Source: a virus
Lineage: Duplodnaviria; Caudoviricetes
Reading direction: 5' to 3' (one strand)
Length of the DNA stretch: 24,604 nt
Virus record (IMG/VR): IMGVR_UViG_3300017758_000133
Span: 1 to 24,604 of that record
Positions 1-9,378 of the stretch are shown piece by piece. Under the pieces are notes generated by a model. The model worked only from the letters and a program-made list of their open reading frames with translations. It was not told where the DNA came from and ran no database searches. Made by a program: the position numbers and the translations under genes. Within the stretch, counting starts at the first letter, position 1; the number at the start of each line of letters is the position of its first letter.

Positions 1-1353
1 GGGGAGAAACTCAGGCTCCTCGTCCACGATGAGTCGGGGAAGTGGGAAAGGCCCAACAACATCCTCAACAACTGGCGTGTTACGAAAACCACCCTTAGAT
101 TAGGTAGTAGAGTAATTGGTAAGTGTATGATGGGATCAACATCAAATGCTTTAGACAAAGGAGGTAGAAATTTTAAAAAGCTTTACGATGATTCGGATGT
201 TACAAAAAGAAACGCCAATGGACAGACTCGTTCAGGACTCTATTCTTTGTTCATACCTATGGAATGGAACTACGAAGGATACATTGATTCTTATGGCTTA
301 CCTGTATTCAATACACCAAAAAAAGAAGTAGAAGATCCACACGGGGTAAAAATAACACAAGGTGTAATAGAGTATTGGGACAATGAAGTTGAAGGTTTAA
401 AAGATGATCAAGATGGTTTAAACGAATTTTATAGACAGTTTCCACGTACAACTAAGCACGCATTTAGAGACGAGTCTAAACAATCTTTATTTAATTTAAC
501 AAAAATATATCAACAGATAGATTATAATGAAGATGTACAAAATTCTACTCAGGTAACTCAAGGTAGTTTTCAATGGGAAAATGGACAAAAAGATACTAGA
601 GTTATATTTGTACCAAATAAAAACGGAAGATTCTATGTTACATGGGTGCCAAACTCTGGTCTTCAAAATAAAAGATATATAAAAAACGGAATTAATTATC
701 CGGGTAACGAACACTGTGGAGCGTTTGGTTGTGATCCTTATGATATATCCGGGACGGTTGACAAAAGAGGTTCTAACGGATCTTTACATGGTTTAACTAA
801 GTTTAGCATGGAAGAAGTTCCACCAAATCATTTTTTTCTAGAGTACATAGCTAGACCACAAACCGCAGAAATATTTTTTGAAGATGTACTTATGGCTTGT
901 GTATTTTATGGCATGCCGATATTAGTAGAAAACAATAAACCAAGATTATTATATTATTTTAAAAGAAGAGGTTACAGAGGTTTTGCTATGAATAGACCGG
1001 ATAGAAAAAGAAATAAACTATCTGTAACAGAAAGAGAAATAGGTGGTATACCTAATTCTAGTGAAGATATAAAACAAGCTCACGCCTCTGCTATTGAAAC
1101 ATACATAGAAACATTTGTAGGTTTAAAAGAAACTGGTTATGGTGATGTTTATTTTCAAAGAACACTAGAAGACTGGGCGCAATTTGACGTAAACAACAGA
1201 ACAAAGCATGATGCTTCAATTAGTTCTGGCTTAGCTTTAATGGCTTGCAATAAACATAGATACGCGCCATCTAATAAGCTTGAATTAAAACCAGTTAATT
1301 TAGGTATAAAAAAATACGATAACAAAGGAACTACATCAAAAATTTTAAGTTAA
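1..1353 (+). CDS. terL: Terminase large subunit, 5'-truncated (frame is open from base 1, upstream of the track's start at 127)
   Basis: Frame +1 from base 1 reads GEKLRLLVHDESGKW (Walker B hhhhDE) and then ...KCMMGSTSN (coupling motif). C-terminal RNase H-like nuclease motifs: FGCDPYD, ILVENN, KHDASISSGLAL. Lies directly upstream of the portal with a TAATG stop/start overlap at 1351-1355. Confidence 0.93.
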   Translation, partial: GEKLRLLVHDESGKWERPNNILNNWRVTKTTLRLGSRVIGKCMMGSTSNALDKGGRNFKKLYDDSDVTKRNANGQTRSGLYSLFIPMEWNYEGYIDSYGLPVFNTPKKEVEDPHGVKITQGVIEYWDNEVEGLKDDQDGLNEFYRQFPRTTKHAFRDESKQSLFNLTKIYQQIDYNEDVQNSTQVTQGSFQWENGQKDTRVIFVPNKNGRFYVTWVPNSGLQNKRYIKNGINYPGNEHCGAFGCDPYDISGTVDKRGSNGSLHGLTKFSMEEVPPNHFFLEYIARPQTAEIFFEDVLMACVFYGMPILVENNKPRLLYYFKRRGYRGFAMNRPDRKRNKLSVTEREIGGIPNSSEDIKQAHASAIETYIETFVGLKETGYGDVYFQRTLEDWAQFDVNNRTKHDASISSGLALMACNKHRYAPSNKLELKPVNLGIKKYDNKGTTSKILS

Positions 1354-3734
1354 TGAATATATATACTAACACCAATAGTGCTTTCCCTAGTCAAGTAGTG
1401 AGTGATGCTGAAAAAGCTAGCGTAGAATACGGGAGTCAGGTGGCAATGGCTATTGAATATGAGTGGTTTCGTCAAGGCAGAACTTCTGGTAACAGGTATT
1501 TAACTAATTGGAATCAATTTCACGAATTAAGATTATACGCTCGAGGTGAGCAGAGTATACAGAAATATAAAGATGAATTATCTATTAACGGTGATTTGTC
1601 TTATTTAAATTTAGACTGGAAGCCAGTTCCTATATTATCTAAATTTGTAGATATAGTTGTAAACGGTATATCTAATAAAAGCTATGATATAAAAGCTTAT
1701 GCTCAAGATCCAGAATCTATAAAGAAAAGAACTGAGTACGCTTCTAAGCTTCAGGAAGATATGATAGCTAAAGAGTTTTTAGAAGAACTAAAAACAACGC
1801 TAGGTATTGATTTATATCAAAGTCCTAATCCAGATGTTTTACCTGAAACAAATGAAGAGTTAGAATTACACATGCAGTTAAGCTATAAACAGTCAATTGA
1901 AATAGCAGAGGAAGAAGCTATATCATCTGTGCTTGCTCAAAATAAATATGACTTAACAAAGAGAAGAGTAAACATGGACTTAACCGTCCTTGGTATCGCA
2001 GCTACTAAAACAAACTTTAATACAGCAGAAGGTATTACTGTTGACTACGTAGATCCAGCTTATATGGTTTATTCATACACTGAAGATCCTAACTTTGAGG
2101 ACATATATTATGTAGGTGAAATAAAAGCTATAACTATACCAGAGCTTAAAAAAGAGTTTCCAGACATAACTGAAGAAGAATTAAAAAGAATACAAGCAAC
2201 GCCTGGTAACAGATCTTATGTTACAGGATGGGGACAATACGATGAAAATACTGTTCAAGTATTATACTTTGATTACAAGACTTACTCTAATCAAGTATTT
2301 AAAATAAAAAACACAGATCAAGGTTTACAAAAAGCTTTAGAAAAAGATGACACGTTTAATCCTCCAGAAAATGATAGTTTTGAAAAAGTATCAAGATCTA
2401 TAGAGGTATTATACAGTGGTGCTAAGGTTTTAGGTACTGACACTATGTTAAAATGGGAACTAGCTAAGAATATGTCTAGACCTATGGCTGATACTACTAA
2501 GGTTAGAATGAACTATAATATCTGTGCACCTAGAATATATAAAGGTCGTATAGAATCTTTAGTTAGCAAATGTATAGGTTTTGCTGATATGATTCAATTA
2601 ACGCATTTAAAGCTACAACAAGTTATGTCTAGAATAGTACCTGATGGTGTTTATTTAGACATGGATGGTTTAGCTGAAGTTGACTTAGGCAATGGTACAA
2701 ACTACAATCCTGCAGAAGCACTTAATATGTACTTCCAAACAGGTTCTATTGTAGGTAGATCACTTACACAAGATGGTGATATGAACTCCGGTAAAGTACC
2801 TATTCAAGAACTTAACAGTTCAAGTGGTCAAGGTAAGATACAAAGTTTAATACAAACTTACCAGTATTACTTACAAATGATACGTGACGTAACCGGACTT
2901 AACGAAGCTAGAGATGGTAGTACTCCAGACAAACAAACTTTAGTTGGCTTGCAAAAAATTGCAGCTAATGCTTCTAATGTAGCAACTAGACATATAAAAC
3001 AAGCTAGTTTGTATCTTACGTTAATGACATCTGAAAATATAGCTTTAAAAATAGCTGATGCATTAGAGTTCCCTTTGACAGCAGCATCGTTAAAAAACTC
3101 TATATCTAATTACAATGTAAATACATTGATGGAGGTTTCTAATTTAAACCTACATGACTTTGGTATTTTTCTAGAATTAGAACCAGACGAAGAAGAGCAA
3201 CAACAATTAGAGCAAAATATACAAGTTGCTTTACAAGGTGGTGGTATAGACTTAGAAGATGCTATAGACTTAAGACAAATTAAAAATCTTAAGTTAGCAA
3301 ATCAAATGCTTAAAGTTAAGCGTAAGTCTAAAGCTAAACAAGATCAAGACAACCAACAAGCTAATATTAGAGCTCAAGCAGAATCTCAAGCTGATGCTGC
3401 TGAGAAAATAGCAATGACTGAGGTTCAAAAGCAAGAAGCTATATCTGGATCTAAGGTTCAGTTTGAACAAGCTACAAATCAAATGGAAATACAACGCATG
3501 GAGTTAGCGTCTCAATTAAAACAACAAGAGATGCAGATGCAACATCAATTTGATATGCAATTAAAGCAAGCAGACTTAGAAGCTATGAAAACTAAAGAAG
3601 CTGCTATAGAAGACCGAAAAGACAAGCGTATAAAAATGGAAGGTACGCAACAAAGTAAGATGATTACACAAAGGCAAAACGAAATGTTGCCTATAGATTT
3701 TGAAGCACAAGGTGAAGAACAACCTATGGCTTAA
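1353..3734 (+). CDS. Portal protein
   Basis: 793 aa, located between terL and scaffold/MCP. Has portal-like segments (LYARGEQS, MIRDVTGLNEARDG) and a long Gln/Glu-rich C-terminal coiled coil like the barrel of podophage portals. Confidence 0.85.
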   Translation: MNIYTNTNSAFPSQVVSDAEKASVEYGSQVAMAIEYEWFRQGRTSGNRYLTNWNQFHELRLYARGEQSIQKYKDELSINGDLSYLNLDWKPVPILSKFVDIVVNGISNKSYDIKAYAQDPESIKKRTEYASKLQEDMIAKEFLEELKTTLGIDLYQSPNPDVLPETNEELELHMQLSYKQSIEIAEEEAISSVLAQNKYDLTKRRVNMDLTVLGIAATKTNFNTAEGITVDYVDPAYMVYSYTEDPNFEDIYYVGEIKAITIPELKKEFPDITEEELKRIQATPGNRSYVTGWGQYDENTVQVLYFDYKTYSNQVFKIKNTDQGLQKALEKDDTFNPPENDSFEKVSRSIEVLYSGAKVLGTDTMLKWELAKNMSRPMADTTKVRMNYNICAPRIYKGRIESLVSKCIGFADMIQLTHLKLQQVMSRIVPDGVYLDMDGLAEVDLGNGTNYNPAEALNMYFQTGSIVGRSLTQDGDMNSGKVPIQELNSSSGQGKIQSLIQTYQYYLQMIRDVTGLNEARDGSTPDKQTLVGLQKIAANASNVATRHIKQASLYLTLMTSENIALKIADALEFPLTAASLKNSISNYNVNTLMEVSNLNLHDFGIFLELEPDEEEQQQLEQNIQVALQGGGIDLEDAIDLRQIKNLKLANQMLKVKRKSKAKQDQDNQQANIRAQAESQADAAEKIAMTEVQKQEAISGSKVQFEQATNQMEIQRMELASQLKQQEMQMQHQFDMQLKQADLEAMKTKEAAIEDRKDKRIKMEGTQQSKMITQRQNEMLPIDFEAQGEEQPMA

Positions 3735-3743
3735 ACTATTTAT

Positions 3744-3766
3744 TATTTAATTTTATTATATTATGG
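3744..3766 (+). promoter_or_regulatory. 23-nt leader TATTTAATTTTATTATATTATGG, copy 1 (includes the scaffold start codon)
   Basis: Exact 23-nt match to 6487-6509, with the ATG at the same position in both copies. Confidence 0.6.
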
Positions 3767-4947
3767 AAACAAAAACAAATGAACCTGTTAAACAGGAAGG
3801 TGAATTTAAATTAAAAAAGAAAGCACCAAAAAAATTTACAAAAACAAGTGATGAGCCTGTTAAAGTAAACATTAAAGAACCTTTGGTTGAATTAGAACCA
3901 GAAGTTAAAAAAGTAATAATACCTAAACAAAAAGAAGATGCCATTCAAATCGGAGAAACAGAGAAGGTATCTGTGGAAGAACCATCCGGAGATAGCGCAG
4001 AGGTGGGAGAACCTGTACAAAAGTCCGACGAGACTGTTGAAGGGTTTTCTCCGATCAAAGAAGTAACAGAGCAGCAAGTACAAGAAGTAAAAGAAGCAAT
4101 AAGAGATGAGAAGGTTTTAGGTAAGCAATTACCAGAAAACATTGAAAAGCTTGTTTCTTTTATGGAAGAAACTGGTGGGACTATAGAAGATTATACTAGA
4201 CTTAACGCTGATTATACTAACGTTGATGAAAACACTTTATTAAAAGAGTATTACAAAAAGACAAAACCTCATTTAGATGATGAGGAAATAGGTTTTATCA
4301 TGGAAGATAACTTTGACTATGACACAGACCTTGACGAAGAACGAGATGTCCGTAAAAAGAAACTCGCTAAAAAAGAAGAGATTGCAAAAGCCAAAAACTT
4401 TTTAGAAGAAACTAAGAAAAAATACTACGACGAAATCAAGTTGAAATCGAACGTAACTCAGGATCAGCAAAAAGCTATGGACTTTTTTAATCGATATAAC
4501 AAGCAGCAAGAAGTAGCTGAGCAACAACACGCAAAATTTAAAGAAAATACTAAAGCACATTTTAACGATAATTTCGAAGGTTTCGATATTAAAGTCGGTG
4601 AAAAAAGTTATAAGTATAATATTCAAAATCGCGATAAAGTTGCAGAAAACCAATCAAACATTAATAATCTAGTTGGGAAGTTCCTAGACAAAGAAGGTAA
4701 TGTCACAGACACGAAAGGTTATCATAAAGCTATGTACGCCGCTGAAAACGTAGATAAAATCGCAGCTCATTTTTATGAGCAAGGTAAAGTAGATGCTGTA
4801 AAGCAGGTTGTAAATAAATCAAAAAACTTAAGTGACTCTCAAGCGAGATCAACTCAAGGTGATGTGTTTGTCAATGGCATGAAAGTGAAAGCTATATCAG
4901 GCGCGGATTCTGCAAAATTAAAAATTAAAACAAAAAGGTTTAACTAA
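3763..4947 (+). CDS. Capsid scaffolding protein
   Basis: 394 aa, highly charged (E/K), with a low-complexity N-terminus, helical core and basic C-terminal tip (KLKIKTKRFN). Lies between portal and MCP. Confidence 0.75.
   Translation: METKTNEPVKQEGEFKLKKKAPKKFTKTSDEPVKVNIKEPLVELEPEVKKVIIPKQKEDAIQIGETEKVSVEEPSGDSAEVGEPVQKSDETVEGFSPIKEVTEQQVQEVKEAIRDEKVLGKQLPENIEKLVSFMEETGGTIEDYTRLNADYTNVDENTLLKEYYKKTKPHLDDEEIGFIMEDNFDYDTDLDEERDVRKKKLAKKEEIAKAKNFLEETKKKYYDEIKLKSNVTQDQQKAMDFFNRYNKQQEVAEQQHAKFKENTKAHFNDNFEGFDIKVGEKSYKYNIQNRDKVAENQSNINNLVGKFLDKEGNVTDTKGYHKAMYAAENVDKIAAHFYEQGKVDAVKQVVNKSKNLSDSQARSTQGDVFVNGMKVKAISGADSAKLKIKTKRFN
3938..4066 (+). CDS. Overprinted 42-aa basic micro-protein MPFKSEKQRRYLWKNHPEIAQRWENLYKSPTRLLKGFLRSKK, in the +1 frame of the scaffold gene
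   Basis: ATG at 3938 and TAA at 4064-4066, with an A-rich upstream context (A at -3). GC is about 47% (60/129) versus about 28% in 3841-3930. Resembles, from memory, small stand-alone phage hypothetical proteins beginning MPFKSxxQRR. Confidence 0.65.
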   Translation: MPFKSEKQRRYLWKNHPEIAQRWENLYKSPTRLLKGFLRSKK

Positions 4948-4962
4948 AAAAATTAACAAATT

Positions 4963-6423
4963 ATGAGTTTATCTCCACAATTTGGTAGTATTGTACCTTC
5001 GCAAGCTCAACAAGCTTTAGCTTCAAATTACTTAGTATTTGATGGCGCTGCTGGCGGGAACTTCGCACAACAATATTTACCAGAAATTTACGAACAAGAA
5101 GTAGAGCGTTATGGAAACAGAACGTTATCTGGATTCTTAAGAATGGTTGGCGCTGAAATGCCAATGACAAGTGATCAAGTAATATGGTCAGAGCAAAATA
5201 GATTACATGTAGCATACAATGGAATTACTGCAACTGCTGCAGGAGCTGTAGGTGTAAACCCAACAACTCTTACACTAACAGATGGTTCAACTAACGTTAT
5301 GAGTGTAAACGATACTATAGTAGTTTTAGATCCAACATCTGGATTAGAAGCTAAATGTATTGTTCTTGCAACTAACGGTGCTGTAAATGGAAACGTAGTA
5401 GTACAGTGTTTCACACCTGTAACTACACTTATTGCTCAAGGATTTTCTGCTGCTGCAGGAGCTTTGAAAATATTTGTATACGGTTCTGCTTATACTAAAG
5501 GAACAACTTTAGGCGCTGGAGCTGCTGGAACTAATTCAGCTGCAAGACAATCTATTACTCCTTCTTTCACGCAGTTTTCTAACTCTCCACTTATTTTAAG
5601 AGACCAGTTCCAAATCAATGGATCTGATATGGCTCAAATTGGATGGGTAGAAGTTGCAACTGAAGACGGTGCTTCTGGTTTCTTATGGTACTTAAAAGCT
5701 GAGTCTGAAACAAGATTACGTTTTGAAGATTACCTAGAAATGAGTATGGTAGAAAGTGAATTAAACGCTAGTGCTGCTGCTGGAGCTTACGGAAACGGAG
5801 CTTTACCAGGATCTGAAGGTTTATTTGCTGCTATTAGAAACAGAGGAAATGTAGAAGTAGGATTTACTGCTGCTGCTGGACTTGATGATTTTGATGCAAT
5901 ACTTAAAAACTTAGATACTCAAGGAGCTATTGAAGAGAATATGTTGTTTTTACAAAGACAAACTTCTCTTGATTTTGATGATATGCTAGCTAGCATTTCT
6001 GGCGGATTCGCTGGAGGAACTGCTTTTGGTTTATTTGAAAATTCAGAAGAAATGGCTTTAAATCTTGGATTCTCAGGATTTAGAAGAGGATCTTATGATT
6101 TCTATAAAACTGATTGGAAATACTTAAACGACGCTTCTACTCGTGGCGCTATCGTTGGTGTTAATTCAATTGAGGGTGTATTAGTACCTGCTGGAACTTC
6201 TACTGTTTATGACCAAATTTTAGGTACAAACATTAGACGACCATTCTTACACGTGCGTTACAGAGCATCTCAAGGAGATGACAGACGTATGAAGTCTTGG
6301 TTAACTGGTTCTGCTGGTGGTGCTTTCACTTCAGATTTAGATGCGATGCAAATCAATTTCTTATCTGAAAGATGTTTAGTAACTCAAGCTGCTAATAACT
6401 TCGTTTTATTCCAAGGATTATAA
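4963..6423 (+). CDS. Major capsid protein (HK97 fold expected)
   Basis: 486 aa, follows the scaffold. Has QQYLPEIYEQEVERYGNRT and WSEQNRLH motifs typical of this phage group, codons of highly expressed genes (TTC, AAC, CGT), a double TAA stop and a downstream terminator. Confidence 0.88.
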   Translation: MSLSPQFGSIVPSQAQQALASNYLVFDGAAGGNFAQQYLPEIYEQEVERYGNRTLSGFLRMVGAEMPMTSDQVIWSEQNRLHVAYNGITATAAGAVGVNPTTLTLTDGSTNVMSVNDTIVVLDPTSGLEAKCIVLATNGAVNGNVVVQCFTPVTTLIAQGFSAAAGALKIFVYGSAYTKGTTLGAGAAGTNSAARQSITPSFTQFSNSPLILRDQFQINGSDMAQIGWVEVATEDGASGFLWYLKAESETRLRFEDYLEMSMVESELNASAAAGAYGNGALPGSEGLFAAIRNRGNVEVGFTAAAGLDDFDAILKNLDTQGAIEENMLFLQRQTSLDFDDMLASISGGFAGGTAFGLFENSEEMALNLGFSGFRRGSYDFYKTDWKYLNDASTRGAIVGVNSIEGVLVPAGTSTVYDQILGTNIRRPFLHVRYRASQGDDRRMKSWLTGSAGGAFTSDLDAMQINFLSERCLVTQAANNFVLFQGL

Positions 6424-6436
6424 TAATCCAACAAAT

Positions 6437-6482
6437 GTAATTCTTACCCTCGTTATATCAACGGGGGTAATTATTACTTTTA
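6437..6482 (+). terminator. Intrinsic terminator after MCP
   Basis: Stem TTACCCTCGTT (6444-6454) pairs with AACGGGGGTAA (6460-6470) with one G-U pair and an ATATC loop. Extendable by GTAAT/ATTAC and followed by TTATTACTTTT. Confidence 0.8.
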
Positions 6483-6486
6483 TAAC

Positions 6487-6509
6487 TATTTAATTTTATT
6501 ATATTATGG
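6487..6509 (+). promoter_or_regulatory. 23-nt leader, copy 2 (includes the start codon of the 272-aa gene)
   Basis: Exact repeat of 3744-3766. Confidence 0.6.
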
Positions 6510-7324
6510 CTAAACAAGCTAAAGCAGAAGCTGTTGAGGTTGCACCTCAAGAGGTAGCGGTAAAAACTGCACCAAAAAAACCAGCTAAACCTAGTTGGGA
6601 AATAAGAGATAGAGTTTATTATCTTAGAAATAATAAAACTCCATTAACATTAACTATACCTGGAAAGCATACAAGAAAACATGCTTTACTATATTTTGAC
6701 AAAGACTTAGGTAAACAAAGAGAGCTAAAATATGCAACAAACCAAGACTCTGTTTTTGTAGACGAACAAAAAGGAGAGTGCACAATGGGTCATATTATAT
6801 TTAGCGACGGAAGTTTAAAAGTTCCAAAAGAAAAACAAAATTTACAAAAACTTCTTTCTTTATATCACCCACTTAATGGTAGGATATATGAAGAGTTTAG
6901 TGCTGTAGATGAAGCAGAAGATGATCTTGATATTATACACTTAGAAATAGACGCTATGAATGCTGCAAGAACAATTGATATTGATCAAGCAGAAGCAATA
7001 CTAAGAGTTGAAAAAGGATCAGCTGTGAACACAATGAGTTCTAAAGAATTAAAAAGAGACTTGTTGTTGTTTGCTAAAAATAATCCTGCAACTTTTATAG
7101 CTTTAGCAAAAGATGATAATGTTCAATTAAGAAACTTTGCTATTAAAGCTCAAGAAGCTGGTATTATAATTTTATCTCAAGATCAAAGAACATTTACTTG
7201 GGGATCAAATAATAGAAAATTAATGAACGTACCTTTTGATGAAAACCCTTACTCAGCGTTTGCGGCTTTCTTAAAAACAGACGAAGGTGTGGAAATCTAT
7301 AAATCTATAGATAAAAAACTATAA
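6506..7324 (+). CDS. Conserved protein downstream of MCP (probably virion or assembly associated)
   Basis: 272-aa ORF with phage codon usage, flanked by two terminators. Function inferred from position only. Confidence 0.6.
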   Translation: MAKQAKAEAVEVAPQEVAVKTAPKKPAKPSWEIRDRVYYLRNNKTPLTLTIPGKHTRKHALLYFDKDLGKQRELKYATNQDSVFVDEQKGECTMGHIIFSDGSLKVPKEKQNLQKLLSLYHPLNGRIYEEFSAVDEAEDDLDIIHLEIDAMNAARTIDIDQAEAILRVEKGSAVNTMSSKELKRDLLLFAKNNPATFIALAKDDNVQLRNFAIKAQEAGIIILSQDQRTFTWGSNNRKLMNVPFDENPYSAFAAFLKTDEGVEIYKSIDKKL

Positions 7325-7333
7325 AAACAAGTG

Positions 7334-7371
7334 ATACTAATAACAGGCGGTTTCGGCCGCCTTTTTAGTAT
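7334..7371 (+). terminator. Intrinsic terminator with UUCG loop
   Basis: AGGCGGT (7345-7351), TTCG loop, GCCGCCT (7356-7362), then a T-run. An outer arm ATACTAA (7334-7340) can pair with TTAGTAT (7365-7371). Confidence 0.85.
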
Positions 7372-7386
7372 ATTAAAATAAAACAA

Positions 7387-8133
7387 ATGGTAAATATAAA
7401 TACAGTATATACAACAGTCTTGTACATATTAAACAAAGAGCAAAGAGGTTATGTAACTCCAGCGGAGTTTAATAGCTTAGCTACTTTAGTACAAGAAGAA
7501 ATATTTGATTCGTATTTTCCTGACGGAAATCAATTGAACCGTCAAAACCAAAACAACACTCAAAACGATACAGAGTTTTTTAACATGTTTAAAGACACTG
7601 CTTACAAGATATATCCTTTTGAGAAAATTGCTCCTTTTGCTTATGATAATACTGCTGGGGTTTTAGGTTGGCAACTTGCTATAGACGGAACAATATACAA
7701 GCTTGGAGAAATAATATCTACTTACAACACTACAAATCCTCAATACGATTCAATTACTCAGTTAGCTAGTAACAGCGATTATAATAAAATAACAAGATCA
7801 AAGCTTACAGCTCCTACAGTTCAAAACCCTATATGTACAACTTCTTCAGGGCCAAATAGTACATTGCTTATAAAAGTTAGTCCACAGCCAAATAGTTTAA
7901 ATATAAATTGTTTATTTAAACCAGTAGCTCCAAACTGGAGTTTTACCGTTGGAACACTAGGTCAGTATCTTTACGACTCTACTAATTCTATTAACTTTGA
8001 ATTAGATACATCTGAGCAAACTAACTTAATAATACAAATATTAAAATACTGTGGAATAATAATAAACGATCCACAAATAATACAAACCGCATCTATTGAA
8101 GCTCAAGAAGCATCGGCTAATCAAAAATCTTAA
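7387..8133 (+). CDS. Putative head-tail adaptor / tail ring protein
   Basis: 248 aa. The N-terminus VYTTVLYILNKEQRGYVTPAEFNSLA and C-terminal helix LIIQILKYCGIII resemble ring proteins of crAss-like podophage tails; synteny agrees. Confidence 0.6.
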   Translation: MVNINTVYTTVLYILNKEQRGYVTPAEFNSLATLVQEEIFDSYFPDGNQLNRQNQNNTQNDTEFFNMFKDTAYKIYPFEKIAPFAYDNTAGVLGWQLAIDGTIYKLGEIISTYNTTNPQYDSITQLASNSDYNKITRSKLTAPTVQNPICTTSSGPNSTLLIKVSPQPNSLNINCLFKPVAPNWSFTVGTLGQYLYDSTNSINFELDTSEQTNLIIQILKYCGIIINDPQIIQTASIEAQEASANQKS

Positions 8134-8136
8134 AAA

Positions 8137-9372
8137 ATGGCGTTAATAACAGAAACTAATCAACAATATTATCAAGGCGCACAAGGCTTTAGAGGTACTG
8201 GTAATGCTCTTACTATTACAACAACTTTTGATACTGATTTAGTTTTTGGAAGTGTTGATGCGTGGAATCCTAACAATCAATACTACGCTTTAAATAATTT
8301 TAAAATATATACTAGTACTACAGGTATACCAGGTAGCTGGAGTGAATATCTTTTAGCTTATACTGTTATCAACAATAAGATAACTTTTACTGCAAATCCA
8401 GCTAACAACTTGTTTATAGTTGTTCAACTCAAAGTGTTAGATGGTGGTCAATATGGTAACACACCTGCTGAGGAAGCTATTGGTGATGCGGTTGAAGAAA
8501 ACTACGGAACATATCAGTATGTAAAGTTATCTGATATAATAGATAACTACATGGTTGGTTACGTAGGTGATGGTAAAATTATACAAACAGCTAAAAAATC
8601 TGATATATTATTTTTTGCTAAAAGATCTTTACAAGAGTTTAGCTATGATACTTTAAAAAGTATTAAGTCACAAGAATTAACAATACCACCAAGCTTGTCT
8701 TTAGTTATACCTCAAGATTATGTTAACTATGTAAGTATATCATGGATAGATAACCACGGTGTTAAAAGACCTTTATATCCTAATAACAACTTAACTACAA
8801 ACCCTTATTCTAAATTACTACAAGACGAAAAAGGTATACCTACTCAAGATAACTTTGGACAAAGCCTTGAAGGAACATCTTTAACTGTAGAAAGATGGAA
8901 AGAAACTAATGAAAATAGATTATTAAACGGAGAAGCTTTAGATCAATTTGACAACCTAGCATACGGTATGTACGGTAATGATTTTGGTTCTGGACCTTGG
9001 GATTGGGGTAGACTATATGGTTTAGATCCTCAATACTCTCAAAGCAATGGCTGGTTTGGTATAAATGAAAGAGATGGTTTGTTTACTTTCTCAAGCAATT
9101 TAGTAGATAGGTTAATAGTGATAGAATACATCTCAGACGGACTTGCTTATGATTTAGATACTAGAGTACCTAAGATGGCAGAAGAAGCAATGTATTTAAG
9201 CATATCATATAATCTACTAGCCAACAGAGCAAACACATCTGAAGGTATAATAGCAAGATTTAAGAAAGACAAAAGAGCAGCTTTAAGAAACGCTAAGATA
9301 AGACTATCTAACATAAAGTTAACTGAAATAGTTCAGGTTATGAGAGGTAAATCTAAATGGTTAAAACACTAA
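8137..9372 (+). CDS. Putative tail tubular / ring protein
   Basis: 411 aa with LVIPQDYVNYVSISWID, LIVIEYISDG and a basic C-terminal helix. Directly precedes the nozzle gene, as tail tubular genes do. Confidence 0.6.
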   Translation: MALITETNQQYYQGAQGFRGTGNALTITTTFDTDLVFGSVDAWNPNNQYYALNNFKIYTSTTGIPGSWSEYLLAYTVINNKITFTANPANNLFIVVQLKVLDGGQYGNTPAEEAIGDAVEENYGTYQYVKLSDIIDNYMVGYVGDGKIIQTAKKSDILFFAKRSLQEFSYDTLKSIKSQELTIPPSLSLVIPQDYVNYVSISWIDNHGVKRPLYPNNNLTTNPYSKLLQDEKGIPTQDNFGQSLEGTSLTVERWKETNENRLLNGEALDQFDNLAYGMYGNDFGSGPWDWGRLYGLDPQYSQSNGWFGINERDGLFTFSSNLVDRLIVIEYISDGLAYDLDTRVPKMAEEAMYLSISYNLLANRANTSEGIIARFKKDKRAALRNAKIRLSNIKLTEIVQVMRGKSKWLKH

Positions 9373-9378
9373 AATTTA

